NCBI GenBank assembly: GCA_039810425.1
Contig: JBDHWW010000020.1
Span: 1 to 61,936 of the forward strand
Source of the DNA: Pseudobdellovibrionaceae bacterium
GTDB taxonomy: Bacteria > Bdellovibrionota > Bdellovibrionia > Bdellovibrionales > Bdellovibrionaceae
Reading direction: 5' to 3'
DNA length: 61,936 nt
Each line of letters opens with the position of its first letter. The first letter of the stretch is position 1. Position numbers and translations under genes: made by a program. Positions 10,478 through 20,839 of this stretch are shown here, in pieces. The notes below the pieces were generated by a model. It saw only the letters and a program-made list of their open reading frames with translations, searched no databases and was not told the origin of the DNA.

Positions 10478-12493
10478 ATGAAAAATACCGCTAAAATTGC
10501 ATGTCTTCTGACGCCCTTTATTCTTTCAACTTCCTTTGCGGCCAAAGACGCCTGGACAAAAGATCCCGTCGCTTCGTCGGAAATTCCCGCAAAGCGCGAA
10601 TTTCCATTGAACACCGACATCAACCCTTGTCAGGACTTCCATGGCTATGTTTGTTCGAAAGTCGAAAACTCGTTTAAACTTCGCGAAGACCGCAGCAATC
10701 ATATGTTCTCGTTCAGCGATTCGCGCGAAAGATTGCTTGAAAGTAAAAAGCAATACATGAACGAGATCGGCAAAAAGAAGAAGCTCGATCCGCGCGCTGC
10801 ACAGATTCGTGGTTTCTATCTGGCGTGTATGAATGAGCGCGCCTCGGCAATGGCTGAAAAGAAAGAAGTCGTTCGCACCGTCAAAGCTGTTTCGGCTTTA
10901 AAAGATTCAGCGGCTGTCATGGCCTTCTCAAATGAGAAGATACCGACGTCCTTTGACAAGTTCATCTACGTCTGGGCCGGCGCGAACCTGGACGATCCGC
11001 ACAAATACGATGCGATTGTGGGCGCGAATTTTATGCGCCTTCAGGACCACAAGTACTATGAAAACGCCGGGCTCGTAAAAGACTACGAAAAACTCCTGTC
11101 GGAGTTCTTCAAAACGGTTTATGGCCGCAAACTCACCACCGCTCAGGCGCAGAATAAAGCCGAAGCCATTGTCACCTTTGAAAAAGACTTTATTCAAACC
11201 TACCCGAAGGCGGCGGTTCGCCGCCAGCGCTGGAGTGAAAAACGTGTTCAAACCCAGGAAGAGTTCTTAAAGAAGTACCCAAACCTAAAGGCGGAAATGA
11301 TTTTCAAAAACTTTCCGGCAACGATGCTCGTGAACACTCCGGTTCCGGAGTCTTTGGAGTTTGTGAATGCAAACTTAAACAAATACCCGGCCGAAGTGTG
11401 GCGGGATTTGTATTTATTGAAAAACCTCGATGATGTTTTGGATGACGGTTACAAAAAGTACTTTACCCAAAATTTTGATTTCGAAAAGAATTACTTCGGA
11501 GGCCCTGTTAAGCGCTCGGAACGCCAAGAGCGCTGTACCAGGAGGTCGATGAGTGCCTTCACCAAGGAGCTGGACGCGACGTTGCTTGAACAACTCTTTC
11601 CGAATTTTGATGAAGCTCAGGTGCAAGAGATGGGTCAACGGATCCGCGAAAGTATTTTGCGCGGTCTTGCCAACAACGACTGGCTTTCCAAAGACGCCAA
11701 GAAACACGCCGCTGAGAAAATCAAGACAGCTCGGTTACAACTCGTAAAACCGCACAATGACCGCGAATGGGATTTTAATCTTGTCGGCAAGTATTCAGAA
11801 ACCGACAAAATGGCCAACCAACATCAGTTCAATGAACTGCGATGGAAAAAGATGCTGACGGAAGCACAAGGCCCTGTGAATCAAGACGCTTGGGGCATGG
11901 GCCCGCTCACGGTGAATGCGTACTATAGCCAAAATGAAAATAAATTCGTCGTCCCTATCGGGATTTTGCAATACCCGTTCTTTGATTCAAAGCAGACTAT
12001 TTACGAAAACTTGGGCGCGATCGGCACGGTCATGGGGCACGAACTCGGTCACAGTATTGATGACAACGGCTCTAAGTACGATGACAGCGGCAAGCTGAAT
12101 CCATGGATGCCGATGAAGGATTTGCAAGAATTCAACAAGCGCTCGGAACGCCTGGTGGAGTTCTTTAACAAGGCCGGCCATGATGGCAAACTGACTTTAG
12201 GTGAAAACGTCGCCGACCTTGTAGGCCTGACCTTCTCCTATAGTGCGGCCTTCCCGACAGAAAAGCCAACCAAAGAAGAACAGCAAAAATTTTTCGTGGC
12301 GTATGCCAGAACTTGGTGTGCGGTGACACGTCCTGATTATGAAAAGCTCATGATGAAGACGGATCCCCATGCCATGGGCTGGGCGCGCATCAACGAACAA
12401 GTGAAGCACCAAGCGGCCTTTGCTGAAGCCTTTGGCTGCAAAGCCGGGGATGCCATGAATCTGCCGGATAAAGAGCGGGTAAAAATCTGGTAG
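10478..12493 (+). CDS. Secreted M13 (neprilysin/PepO-like) zinc metallopeptidase
   Basis: Signal peptide; PCQDF...C, VNAYY, HELGH, GENVAD and DPH motifs. Confidence 0.95.
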   Translation: MKNTAKIACLLTPFILSTSFAAKDAWTKDPVASSEIPAKREFPLNTDINPCQDFHGYVCSKVENSFKLREDRSNHMFSFSDSRERLLESKKQYMNEIGKKKKLDPRAAQIRGFYLACMNERASAMAEKKEVVRTVKAVSALKDSAAVMAFSNEKIPTSFDKFIYVWAGANLDDPHKYDAIVGANFMRLQDHKYYENAGLVKDYEKLLSEFFKTVYGRKLTTAQAQNKAEAIVTFEKDFIQTYPKAAVRRQRWSEKRVQTQEEFLKKYPNLKAEMIFKNFPATMLVNTPVPESLEFVNANLNKYPAEVWRDLYLLKNLDDVLDDGYKKYFTQNFDFEKNYFGGPVKRSERQERCTRRSMSAFTKELDATLLEQLFPNFDEAQVQEMGQRIRESILRGLANNDWLSKDAKKHAAEKIKTARLQLVKPHNDREWDFNLVGKYSETDKMANQHQFNELRWKKMLTEAQGPVNQDAWGMGPLTVNAYYSQNENKFVVPIGILQYPFFDSKQTIYENLGAIGTVMGHELGHSIDDNGSKYDDSGKLNPWMPMKDLQEFNKRSERLVEFFNKAGHDGKLTLGENVADLVGLTFSYSAAFPTEKPTKEEQQKFFVAYARTWCAVTRPDYEKLMMKTDPHAMGWARINEQVKHQAAFAEAFGCKAGDAMNLPDKERVKIW

Positions 12494-12714
12494 AACTAGC
12501 GGACGTCTTGGCAGACGTTCGTGGCTGCGTTTGCGGACGAAATGAGGAACAGGGATAATAAGGAAGGTATAAGTATTCTTTAAGGCTGTCCTGTTTCTCG
12601 GCACTGTCAAAAGTGGCGCCCACAAACTGGATTTAAGCCACGGGTCCAGCCGCCTCCGGAATCGGCGAAATGGCGCACCAAAAAAGAATGGTGTCACTCT
12701 GCGGGAGCTTACTT

Positions 12715-13353
12715 CTATTTCATAAAAAAGTCGTAGCGGTAGCCATAGCCGCCGTGGCCATCGCACTTGTAAAGGCCGCGGATCATCCGCATGTCAACGA
12801 CCGCCAGATACTCCTGGCGGATCGGGATGCGCATCTGCCCGCTCCAGTCACCACTTTCCACAAAGTACTTATCTGAGAGCTGAAAAGGCATGCCAAAGAG
12901 TGTTTTCGAGACCAACCCCACCAAAGATTGCAAGCGCTTTCCCAAAGCCGCTTGATCCAGGTTCTCCAACTTCACATTGCAGTTCTGCGTGATCAGCGTG
13001 ATTTGGTCGACGGTCTTTTGGGCTTTGTAAAAAACCTGCACACGGGACCAAATCCATTCTTTGCTTTGATCTGTCGGCGGTTTATCCGTCGGCAATTGAA
13101 AGTTAAACTCAGTCCCCGTTTTTGGAAACGCCTGCGTCTTTGCGCCCGCTATGGCAATCGTCTGAAGCTTTGCATAGATCTCTTCTGGTGCGTGGTCCCC
13201 CGGCGCTTTAAAAAGGCCTGGTTTCATCGAGGCCTCCGTGGCCGCCGCGATCTCGCCGTCAGAACCACGTTCCACTTCGGTCGCGTTTTGAGGCTCTGTT
13301 CCTAACCCTGCACAACCGAGCATAAAACAGCAAAGCGCCAGTAAATATCTCAC
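12715..13353 (-). CDS. Hypothetical lipoprotein
   Basis: 212-aa ORF with MLGC lipobox; start overlaps the lysA stop by 4 nt. Confidence 0.65.
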   Translation of the reverse strand: MRYLLALCCFMLGCAGLGTEPQNATEVERGSDGEIAAATEASMKPGLFKAPGDHAPEEIYAKLQTIAIAGAKTQAFPKTGTEFNFQLPTDKPPTDQSKEWIWSRVQVFYKAQKTVDQITLITQNCNVKLENLDQAALGKRLQSLVGLVSKTLFGMPFQLSDKYFVESGDWSGQMRIPIRQEYLAVVDMRMIRGLYKCDGHGGYGYRYDFFMK

Positions 13354-14549
13354 AGCACCACCTCGGCCGGTGGATCTTGCAAGTTGTAATCAGATCGCAT
13401 CACAAAACCATAAGCACCGACATCAGCAATCACGACAAAGTCGCCCTCTTGAATTTCTGGCAATGTACGATCTATCGCCAGAAAGTCGCCGGATTCACAA
13501 ATCGGTCCTACGACATCATATTTTTTTGCCACCCCTTGGCCCTCTTTCAAAGTCCAGACGCGGTGATGGGCCCCGTACAGTGTCGGGCGCATCAGGTGAT
13601 GCATGCCTGTATCAACGATCATGAAGTTCTTGACCGGGGTTTGCTTTAGATACTGCACTTGCGTCAGCAACACACCCGCATGGGCCACCAGCCAACGGCC
13701 CGGCTCGGTTTGGATTTTAGCTTTCAGGCCTTTCAGCACATCAAAAACAATCGCGGCGTATTCGTTTAATAACTTTTCTTCGGCTTCAAGCTCTTGCTCT
13801 TCGTAGTAGATCCCCAGACCACCGCCGATATCGAAGGTATCGACAGACGGAAATTCTTTTTGCAGCTCTTCATACACGGGACGAAGCAATTGCAAAGCGT
13901 CTCGGAAGCCCGACAGATTGTGCATCTGCGAGCCCAAGTGCAAGCTCATCCCGCGGAAATCCACGAAGTCAGCGTTGGCTTGTAGAATTTCTTTAAGCTG
14001 TGGCCAATCCGTCAATGCCATGCCGAATTTATTATTATGCAAGCCCGTTGCGATGTACGGATGAGTTTCAATACTCACATCGGGATTTAAGCGAAACACC
14101 ACGCGGGCTTTTTTCCTCATCTCACGCGCGATCTGCGCAATCCGGCGAAGTTCAGAAATGCTTTCGACGTTGAGTTGACGGATGCCCAACTCCAGCGCCT
14201 GACGGACTTCTTTCACCGTCTTTCCGACACCGCTATAGATCATTTCACCGGCTTTAAAACCGGCCTCCATCGCCGTGTGGATTTCACCGCCACTGACCAC
14301 ATCCACCCCAATTCCCATCTTGTGAAGACCGCGTAAAACCTGAGGATGAAAATTCGCTTTCATCGCATAGTACACCTGTACACCTGGCAAGGCTTTTTGC
14401 AATAGGCTTGCGCGTTCTTTCAGAATCTCGAGGTCATAAGCGTAAACAGGCTTTTCGTAGTTCTTCGTGAGGGGTTCTAGCGACTTCTTTTGGGGTCCTA
14501 GCACCAATTTGTGATTCTCATATTGCAAATACAACTTCGCTTTTGACAT
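13350..14549 (-). CDS. lysA: Diaminopimelate decarboxylase
   Basis: YAMKAN (PLP Lys), HPYIATG...KFG, HLGSQ, DIGGG, EPGR, GPICESGD, GAYG. Confidence 0.96.
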   Translation of the reverse strand: MSKAKLYLQYENHKLVLGPQKKSLEPLTKNYEKPVYAYDLEILKERASLLQKALPGVQVYYAMKANFHPQVLRGLHKMGIGVDVVSGGEIHTAMEAGFKAGEMIYSGVGKTVKEVRQALELGIRQLNVESISELRRIAQIAREMRKKARVVFRLNPDVSIETHPYIATGLHNNKFGMALTDWPQLKEILQANADFVDFRGMSLHLGSQMHNLSGFRDALQLLRPVYEELQKEFPSVDTFDIGGGLGIYYEEQELEAEEKLLNEYAAIVFDVLKGLKAKIQTEPGRWLVAHAGVLLTQVQYLKQTPVKNFMIVDTGMHHLMRPTLYGAHHRVWTLKEGQGVAKKYDVVGPICESGDFLAIDRTLPEIQEGDFVVIADVGAYGFVMRSDYNLQDPPAEVVL

Positions 14550-14626
14550 CTCTCACCCTCATGAGGTTCTATAAGGGCCTTGATTTTCGGCCCTGATTTT
14601 CAAGCTTAACGGGACGGTGAGGTCGT

Positions 14627-15283
14627 ATGCAAACATCTGTTTTTGGATATAGCTCTTTGGGACTACCCATCATAGCCTATGAATTCCGCAATTCAGGTCC
14701 CGAGGTTCTGATCCTCGGTGGCGTTCATGGCGATGAGGTCGAAGGTGTTTTAGCCGCTCAAGCCCTGCTCCACAAATTTATGACCTCTTTCCCCTATCAT
14801 TTGAACCTGGTTTTGGTTCCGCAATTCAACATCGAGGGCGTTTTGAACAAAACCCGCGGCAATGCGCGCGGAGTCGATCTCAACCGAAACCTCACCACCA
14901 AGGACTGGTCGCCTGAAGTAAAGACTCCGCGATACCATCCAGGGCCCTCGGCCGGAAGCGAGCCTGAAAATCAGGCGCTGATGGAATACATTAACGAGAA
15001 AAAACCAAAGTGGATTTTGTCTCTGCACTCTTGGCACCCAGTACTGAACGTCAATGGCGACTGCCGGGCTGAGGCCGAAGTTTTGGCCAAACACACGGGT
15101 TACAAAATCGACGACGACATTGGCTATCCGACTCCAGGCTGCTTGGGCACCTATGCGGGTCTTGAGCGCCAATCCCCGACGCTGACCTACGAAATCGAGC
15201 GCGGCCAGGATCACGCCGAGATTTTAAAAATCCATGTGCCGGCGATTTTGGAAGCTTTGAAAGAAACTGAGAAAAGGAAATAA
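14627..15283 (+). CDS. mpaA: M14 zinc carboxypeptidase, murein-peptide amidase A-like
   Basis: HGDE, NARGVDLNRN, SLHS, GYPTPG and TYE motifs; no signal peptide. Confidence 0.8.
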   Translation: MQTSVFGYSSLGLPIIAYEFRNSGPEVLILGGVHGDEVEGVLAAQALLHKFMTSFPYHLNLVLVPQFNIEGVLNKTRGNARGVDLNRNLTTKDWSPEVKTPRYHPGPSAGSEPENQALMEYINEKKPKWILSLHSWHPVLNVNGDCRAEAEVLAKHTGYKIDDDIGYPTPGCLGTYAGLERQSPTLTYEIERGQDHAEILKIHVPAILEALKETEKRK

Positions 15284-15285
15284 GC

Positions 15286-16113
15286 ATGTCACTAGCGATC
15301 TCTATCCAATCCATCTGGGACGAAGTTCAAGCCGGCAGCAAGATCGATGATCTTTCCACGGAAAAGAAAAGTGCCATCGAACAAACCATCGCAGGCCTTG
15401 ATAACGGCACTTTGCGGGTCTGCGAAAAAAGCGCCACCGGCTGGATCACTAACGAGTGGATCAAAAAAGGCATTTTGCTTTATTTCCGCTTGATGAAAAT
15501 GTCTTTGATGAAGGCCGGTGATTTTAATTACTTTGACAAAATCCCCGTGAAACACTGGACCGGCAACGAAGGTGTTCGTGCGGTTCCACATGCGCTGGCC
15601 CGCCGTGGAAGCTTTATTGAAAGCGGCGCGATCTTGATGCCGTCTTACGTGAATATCGGCGCCTTCGTGGGCTCGGGCACTATGGTCGACACCTGGGCAA
15701 CAGTGGGAAGTTGCGCCCAGATCGGTAAAAATGTTCACCTCTCTGGGGGCGTGGGGATCGGCGGAGTTTTAGAGCCTATCCAAGCTTCACCAGCGATCGT
15801 TGAAGACAATGCGTTTATTGGCAGTCGCTGCATCGTGGTTGAAGGTGCGGTGATCGAAGAAGGTGCGGTTCTCGGAGCCGGTGTGACCATCACCGCTTCG
15901 ACAAAAATCATCGACGTGACAGGGCCCAAGGAAGTGATGTATAACGGCCGCGTTCCTAAAAACTCCGTGGTCATCCCCGGCACGGTGATGAAGAAATTCC
16001 CGGCCGGAGAATACGGCACACCGTGCGCGCTCATCATCGGCCAGCGCAAACCCAGCACGGATTTGAAGACATCACTCACAGACGCGCTTCGCGACTTCCA
16101 GGTTTCAGTTTAG
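15286..16113 (+). CDS. dapD: Tetrahydrodipicolinate N-succinyltransferase
   Basis: WIKKGILLYF, LMPSYVNIGA, VDTWATVGSCAQIG, GIGGVLEP. Confidence 0.97.
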   Translation: MSLAISIQSIWDEVQAGSKIDDLSTEKKSAIEQTIAGLDNGTLRVCEKSATGWITNEWIKKGILLYFRLMKMSLMKAGDFNYFDKIPVKHWTGNEGVRAVPHALARRGSFIESGAILMPSYVNIGAFVGSGTMVDTWATVGSCAQIGKNVHLSGGVGIGGVLEPIQASPAIVEDNAFIGSRCIVVEGAVIEEGAVLGAGVTITASTKIIDVTGPKEVMYNGRVPKNSVVIPGTVMKKFPAGEYGTPCALIIGQRKPSTDLKTSLTDALRDFQVSV

Positions 16114-16195
16114 CAGTTCGAGGCCCCCAAAGGGCTTTGCCCTCGCCAGGGGCGCTACCTGCTCGCGAAGAACTCGGTCGGCAGTCTTCACAAGA

Positions 16196-17440
16196 TTAGT
16201 TCTTGATTCTCAGCGCCTGGGCAGGCTCGATTTCACTTGACGTGCGCGCTGGATACCAAGCGCCTCCTAAGCAAACAAAGAAGCCGACAATGAAGACCCC
16301 CCAAATCAGCCACGGGTCGACAAGGGCCGGAATCTGAGAGTCATAATAGATATCCGGCAGAATGTTCACCGGATTTTTTTCGATATAATAACTAATCCCC
16401 GTGCCAAAGATCAGGCCCGGAATCAAACCAAACGCCGCAAGCATCATCCCCATTTGGGTAAAAATCTTCACCGTGCGCTGATTCGAAAGCCCCAGAGTTT
16501 TAAGAATCGCGATATCGCGTTTCTTCTGCGACATCAGAAGCGCCAAAACCGACAAGATGGAGCTGGCCGCGATCAGGCCCGCGAGCCCCAAAAAAACGCC
16601 GATAATGACTTTCTCTAAGCGAAGTGCAAAAAACAAAACAGAGTTCCGGTCCATCCAGGTCTCAGCAATCACATCCGAGAACTTCTCGACCTCTTTTTTA
16701 AGGTCGTCCAAGTCCTTACCTTCTGGAGTCCATACCTCAATGCCGACTTTGCGGCTCGCCGCTCCTGCCAGTGTGTTGAGAGTCATATTTCTTTGATAAA
16801 ACACAAACTGTGAATCGAGATCGGCCAAATTCGTCGAAATGATTTTACTGACGCGGACTTTTTCAAATTTCGGAGACTCGCCCGGGGGAAGCAACAAGCC
16901 CTCTGGCGGAACCACTGTCAGGAAGTCCCCTTCAAACACCCCGAGGGACCGTGCAAGGTCGACACCGACGACCACCTCTCCTTTGCCGGGAAGCTCTTCA
17001 GGCCGCCAGAACTGAACATTTTCGTGATGTTTTTTCTCTTCCATCTGGTGAATTTGTTCGACCATGAACTTTAAGCTCTCGGCACTGACTCCGCGGGCGA
17101 TGGCGCCATGGAACTGACCATCCATCGTGCGTAAAATCACATCCTGAGTTTCATAGACATAGGCTTTATTCAGAGGATTTTCTTTAAGACGTTGAAAAAC
17201 CGGATGTAACTCCAGCGTCGATCCACGGTTCACGCCATTCACTGTGATATACAGATGCGGTTCCAGCGCGAGAATGCGCTTATGGATGCTTGCATTCATC
17301 CCATTCATAACAAACAGCACGATCAGAAAGGCAGTCACACTCAGGGCAATCGCTCCCACGGAGAGCCACGCAAGGCGTTTTACCAGCGCTCCGGCGCGTT
17401 TTGAGAAAATGAAATGACTGAAGAAATCCCGTACGAGCAT
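16196..17440 (-). CDS. LolC/LolE-like (MacB/FtsX) ABC permease
   Basis: TM1 followed by VMNG, a periplasmic domain, KKRDIAILKTLG, three C-terminal TMs and YPA...PAQALR. Probable start ATG 17440. Confidence 0.88.
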   Translation of the reverse strand: MLVRDFFSHFIFSKRAGALVKRLAWLSVGAIALSVTAFLIVLFVMNGMNASIHKRILALEPHLYITVNGVNRGSTLELHPVFQRLKENPLNKAYVYETQDVILRTMDGQFHGAIARGVSAESLKFMVEQIHQMEEKKHHENVQFWRPEELPGKGEVVVGVDLARSLGVFEGDFLTVVPPEGLLLPPGESPKFEKVRVSKIISTNLADLDSQFVFYQRNMTLNTLAGAASRKVGIEVWTPEGKDLDDLKKEVEKFSDVIAETWMDRNSVLFFALRLEKVIIGVFLGLAGLIAASSILSVLALLMSQKKRDIAILKTLGLSNQRTVKIFTQMGMMLAAFGLIPGLIFGTGISYYIEKNPVNILPDIYYDSQIPALVDPWLIWGVFIVGFFVCLGGAWYPARTSSEIEPAQALRIKN

Positions 17441-17635
17441 CGGCCTTATTCTGAGGTCAAAGAGATGTCTTTTCAACTAAAGTGAAACGACCGTCTGCAA
17501 CAATTGGGTGCGCAGCAGGAGTTTTTACGCCCCGGACCGTTTTTTACGTTCCCAAGCGCTTTTTTGCACGAATGAGAAAACAACCGGCGGCCTTTCCGAA
17601 AGTCCGTGCCGGCTTTCTTCCCAAAGGCCACTCAA

Positions 17636-18628
17636 TTACTTTGCTTCCGGAGAAGCGGGCTTGCGATCTTTGGCCGCTTCCTTGGCGGCTGCGGCGGCCT
17701 CCTCGTCGCGGACTTCTTGAACGCTGCCGCGGATAAGGAGACTCTTCTGCATGGCTTTGAGCATCACCACAGTTTCATTCAATGCTTCAACGGCGCGCTT
17801 CGTCGCCTGGGGAAGCTCCGGTCCGATGGCATTCAATGCCGGTCCCAACACTCGGAAGTCTTTAGTTAGCCCCGCCAAGTTTTTGCTCATCTCTGCAACG
17901 TCTTTCGCTAACTCGGGATTTGCCCGGTTCAGTTCCGGCAAGATGTTATTCAACTCTTGCGTCGTTACCGCCAAGTTACCAACCACGTTTTGCAAGTTGC
18001 CTTTGTGAGTCGCTTGGCGGCTCAGCTTCGTCATTTCGTTTGCCATGATTTCAATATTTGCCAAAAGCGGATCCAAGCGGTCAAAGATACGCACCAAAGA
18101 TTGCGTCCGGTCCTTGCTTGTCAAAGCCTCTACCATGTGAGCGAGGTTTTCCAGCGTTGTGCTTAGCTTCGTCAAATGACTGCCGAGCGCCTTGCCGCTC
18201 AAGAGCGTCATGATATCCATCGTCTCCGCCGAAGCCAAAGACTGATGCTGAGGCATCTCCGGGGAAAATTCTGAACCCACTGTCACTTCAAGCACGCGAT
18301 CACCGATGATGAATGGGCGGATCAACGACGTCGTACTGTCACGACGGATGCGCGGCTGGAATTTGTCCAGCACGTAAAAACTGACTTTGATTTTATTGTC
18401 TGCTTGAAGCTCGACATCTTCAACCGCACCGGCCCGCAGACCCGCCATCTGAACGATCGTCCCCGGATGAACCCCATCAGCGACTTCAAACGTCGTTGAG
18501 TAGTAGCTCTTTGTTGAAAACCAGCCCTGCCTGACAGCCACACTCAAAGCTGTGAGCAACACGCCCAAGACGGCCGCCAGCACAAAGATCCCGGCCACTC
18601 GTTCATACCTGTTGAACTTGTGTTTCAT
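17636..18628 (-). CDS. MlaD/MCE-domain protein with long helical C-terminus
   Basis: N-terminal TM; ADGVHPGTIVQMAGLRAGAV and IIGDRVLEVTVG MCE motifs. Confidence 0.9.
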   Translation of the reverse strand: MKHKFNRYERVAGIFVLAAVLGVLLTALSVAVRQGWFSTKSYYSTTFEVADGVHPGTIVQMAGLRAGAVEDVELQADNKIKVSFYVLDKFQPRIRRDSTTSLIRPFIIGDRVLEVTVGSEFSPEMPQHQSLASAETMDIMTLLSGKALGSHLTKLSTTLENLAHMVEALTSKDRTQSLVRIFDRLDPLLANIEIMANEMTKLSRQATHKGNLQNVVGNLAVTTQELNNILPELNRANPELAKDVAEMSKNLAGLTKDFRVLGPALNAIGPELPQATKRAVEALNETVVMLKAMQKSLLIRGSVQEVRDEEAAAAAKEAAKDRKPASPEAK

Positions 18629-19356
18629 AGATGAACCACCTTTTTTTCGTGATCCACTGCCTGCTGATAGATCTGACCATCATCGAGATGGATGACTTGA
18701 TAGTTAAAAAGACTCATGTATTTTTCATCGTAAGAGCTCATGAAGATATGTTTCAAGTGCCCCTCCCCACGCATTTTGTGGATATAGTCGACAAACGTAT
18801 AGAGCGTATCCTGGCCCAAGCCTACGGAAGGATCATCCATGACTAAAACCTGCGGCTCCATCACAAGAGCACGAAGCAAACATGCAAGCTTTCTCACCCG
18901 GCCAGGGATGTGCGCCGGTCTTTCATGGGCGAATTTCTCAATTTCAAAAGTTTTAATGATGCCCTCAACACGGGCTTTTGCCTCGTTCATTGGAATGATC
19001 TTGTGATAGGCCAGTGGCAGCATCAAATTATCATACACCGTGCGGTTGCTGATCAGGCCACCGTAGTCAAACGTGTAGCCGATCGCCAAACGATACGGCA
19101 GGAATTCTTCAAAAGACATTTCAAGAACATTTTGGTCGTTGACATAGAAAAAGCCTGATTGCGGCACCAGCAAGCCCGCCAGAATCTGGAGCAACGTCGA
19201 CTTGCCGTGGCCTTCAGTTCCCTTCACCCACACGACTTCATTCATTGGGAATTCGAAATCCGCATTTTGCAAAAGTGGAGACTGCCCTTCGTGCGAAAAT
19301 GTCACGTGTTCAAACTTCATGCTATCGACTTTTCCGATACGACCCTCGTTCGCCAT
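18625..19356 (-). CDS. MlaF-like ABC ATP-binding protein with degenerate motifs
   Basis: Walker A GTEGHGKST. Signature reads IPGRVRK, Walker B reads VMDDP, H-loop reads SSYD. Lies between the MlaE-like and MlaD-like genes. Confidence 0.8.
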   Translation of the reverse strand: MANEGRIGKVDSMKFEHVTFSHEGQSPLLQNADFEFPMNEVVWVKGTEGHGKSTLLQILAGLLVPQSGFFYVNDQNVLEMSFEEFLPYRLAIGYTFDYGGLISNRTVYDNLMLPLAYHKIIPMNEAKARVEGIIKTFEIEKFAHERPAHIPGRVRKLACLLRALVMEPQVLVMDDPSVGLGQDTLYTFVDYIHKMRGEGHLKHIFMSSYDEKYMSLFNYQVIHLDDGQIYQQAVDHEKKVVHL

Positions 19357-20192
19357 TAGACAACTCCTAAATTCTGCAGCTGGTTCAAATAGAACAACGT
19401 CGTCACCGTCAGGTTGAAGACAATCACATAGATCACGCTGTTCACCACAGCTTGGGTCGTGACCTGGGGGACTTCATGCGGACTCTTTTTCACCGACAGG
19501 CCCTGATAACAGGATACGACGAAAATAATCATGCCACTGAAACTGTTCTTGGCAAAAAAGATGAAGACGTCTTCTTTTGCAAAACCCCTCATCAATGAAT
19601 CAAGGTAGAAAGAAAACGGCATGTCCTGAAGAAACTTGGTGATAAAGAATCCGCCGATCAAAGACAAAATATTAAAGTAAAATGCCAGGCACACCACACT
19701 GATCACTCCCCCTAACACCCGCGGGAAGACGATGAAACTCAGCGGATTGATCCCCATGCTCTCTAACGCCTCGATCTCGCGGTTGGCACGCATGTTGCCA
19801 ATTTCACTCGCCACCGCCGTTCCGGAGCGTGCAATAACAACGAGGGCGACGAGCAAGGGACCTGCCTCGCGGACGATTATCACGATGAGGAAGTTCCCGA
19901 TCATTTGGGTTCCCCCCAGCAAGCTTAAATTCGCCATGGATTGAAGAACAACGACGCTGCCGGTAGCCAGGGCCATCACGGAAACCAGCGGCAAAGCCTG
20001 CCAACCTGTGAAATATATTTGCGCGGAGATCACGCTCACAATAGTGCGGAAGCCTTGAGCTTGGTCAAGAACAGCGGCTCTCATTGACAGATAAACCATC
20101 AACAAGACACGCAAAGTGTACTCGATATTTTTTGTTACGAACTGGCCAAGAGCACACACTCTGGCATCAATCTCCGCCCATAAACTTCCCAT
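19356..20192 (-). CDS. MlaE-family ABC permease
   Basis: VREAGPLLVALVVIARSGTAVASEIGNM...EIEALESMGINP...PRV. Confidence 0.93.
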   Translation of the reverse strand: MGSLWAEIDARVCALGQFVTKNIEYTLRVLLMVYLSMRAAVLDQAQGFRTIVSVISAQIYFTGWQALPLVSVMALATGSVVVLQSMANLSLLGGTQMIGNFLIVIIVREAGPLLVALVVIARSGTAVASEIGNMRANREIEALESMGINPLSFIVFPRVLGGVISVVCLAFYFNILSLIGGFFITKFLQDMPFSFYLDSLMRGFAKEDVFIFFAKNSFSGMIIFVVSCYQGLSVKKSPHEVPQVTTQAVVNSVIYVIVFNLTVTTLFYLNQLQNLGVV

Positions 20193-20240
20193 GCTTTTCT
20201 ATCGGATTAGCTTTAAAAAAAACACACGGACCTAGGTCCT

Positions 20241-20831
20241 TTAGTAAGCCCACAGGGAATAAAAAAGTGATTTTAGTGCTTCAAACCCCGCCTCGGCAAA
20301 ACCGACCTCGTAGCGACCTGAAACAACTGCATGTTTAAAGATCTCAATATTCTCCGGAAAGGCCCCTCTAAAGGTCTTGTACGCGCGGTGCATATGGGGC
20401 CGGGAGGTGACCAAAACAATATCGCGGCAACGAAGCGCTTCAACGATACTCAAACTCTGCTGAGCATTGCCGTAAGTGGTTTCAGAACGTTTTTCAATGA
20501 CGACGTCATCTTCCTTGAGGTTTCCATAAAAACTCCACACCGGCATGATTTCCCGCAGACGCGAGTTCGGATTCACACCCGAGATAATGAGTTTTTTTAC
20601 ATTTTGATTTGCGAGGAGATCAAAACCCTCACGGACCCGGCCCGCACCGCCCGTCAATACAACGGCGCAATCGGCATTCTGGGATTTTTTCCAGTTCACC
20701 ACCGGCTCGCCGATGACACCGCGGTATTCCGCATTGAAACGAAAGGCCACCGCCAGAGCCAGGATGAGCAAGGCCCAAAAAGTTCTTTTGCGAAAAAGAG
20801 GTTTGGGCTTTGGTGCTTCTGGCGGCTGCAT
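20241..20831 (-). CDS. DUF218 (YdcF/ElyC/SanA-like) membrane-anchored protein
   Basis: VVLTGG, LIISG, SETTYGNA, LVTSRPHMHRA. Confidence 0.88.
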   Translation of the reverse strand: MQPPEAPKPKPLFRKRTFWALLILALAVAFRFNAEYRGVIGEPVVNWKKSQNADCAVVLTGGAGRVREGFDLLANQNVKKLIISGVNPNSRLREIMPVWSFYGNLKEDDVVIEKRSETTYGNAQQSLSIVEALRCRDIVLVTSRPHMHRAYKTFRGAFPENIEIFKHAVVSGRYEVGFAEAGFEALKSLFYSLWAY

Positions 20832-20839
20832 GGAACCTC

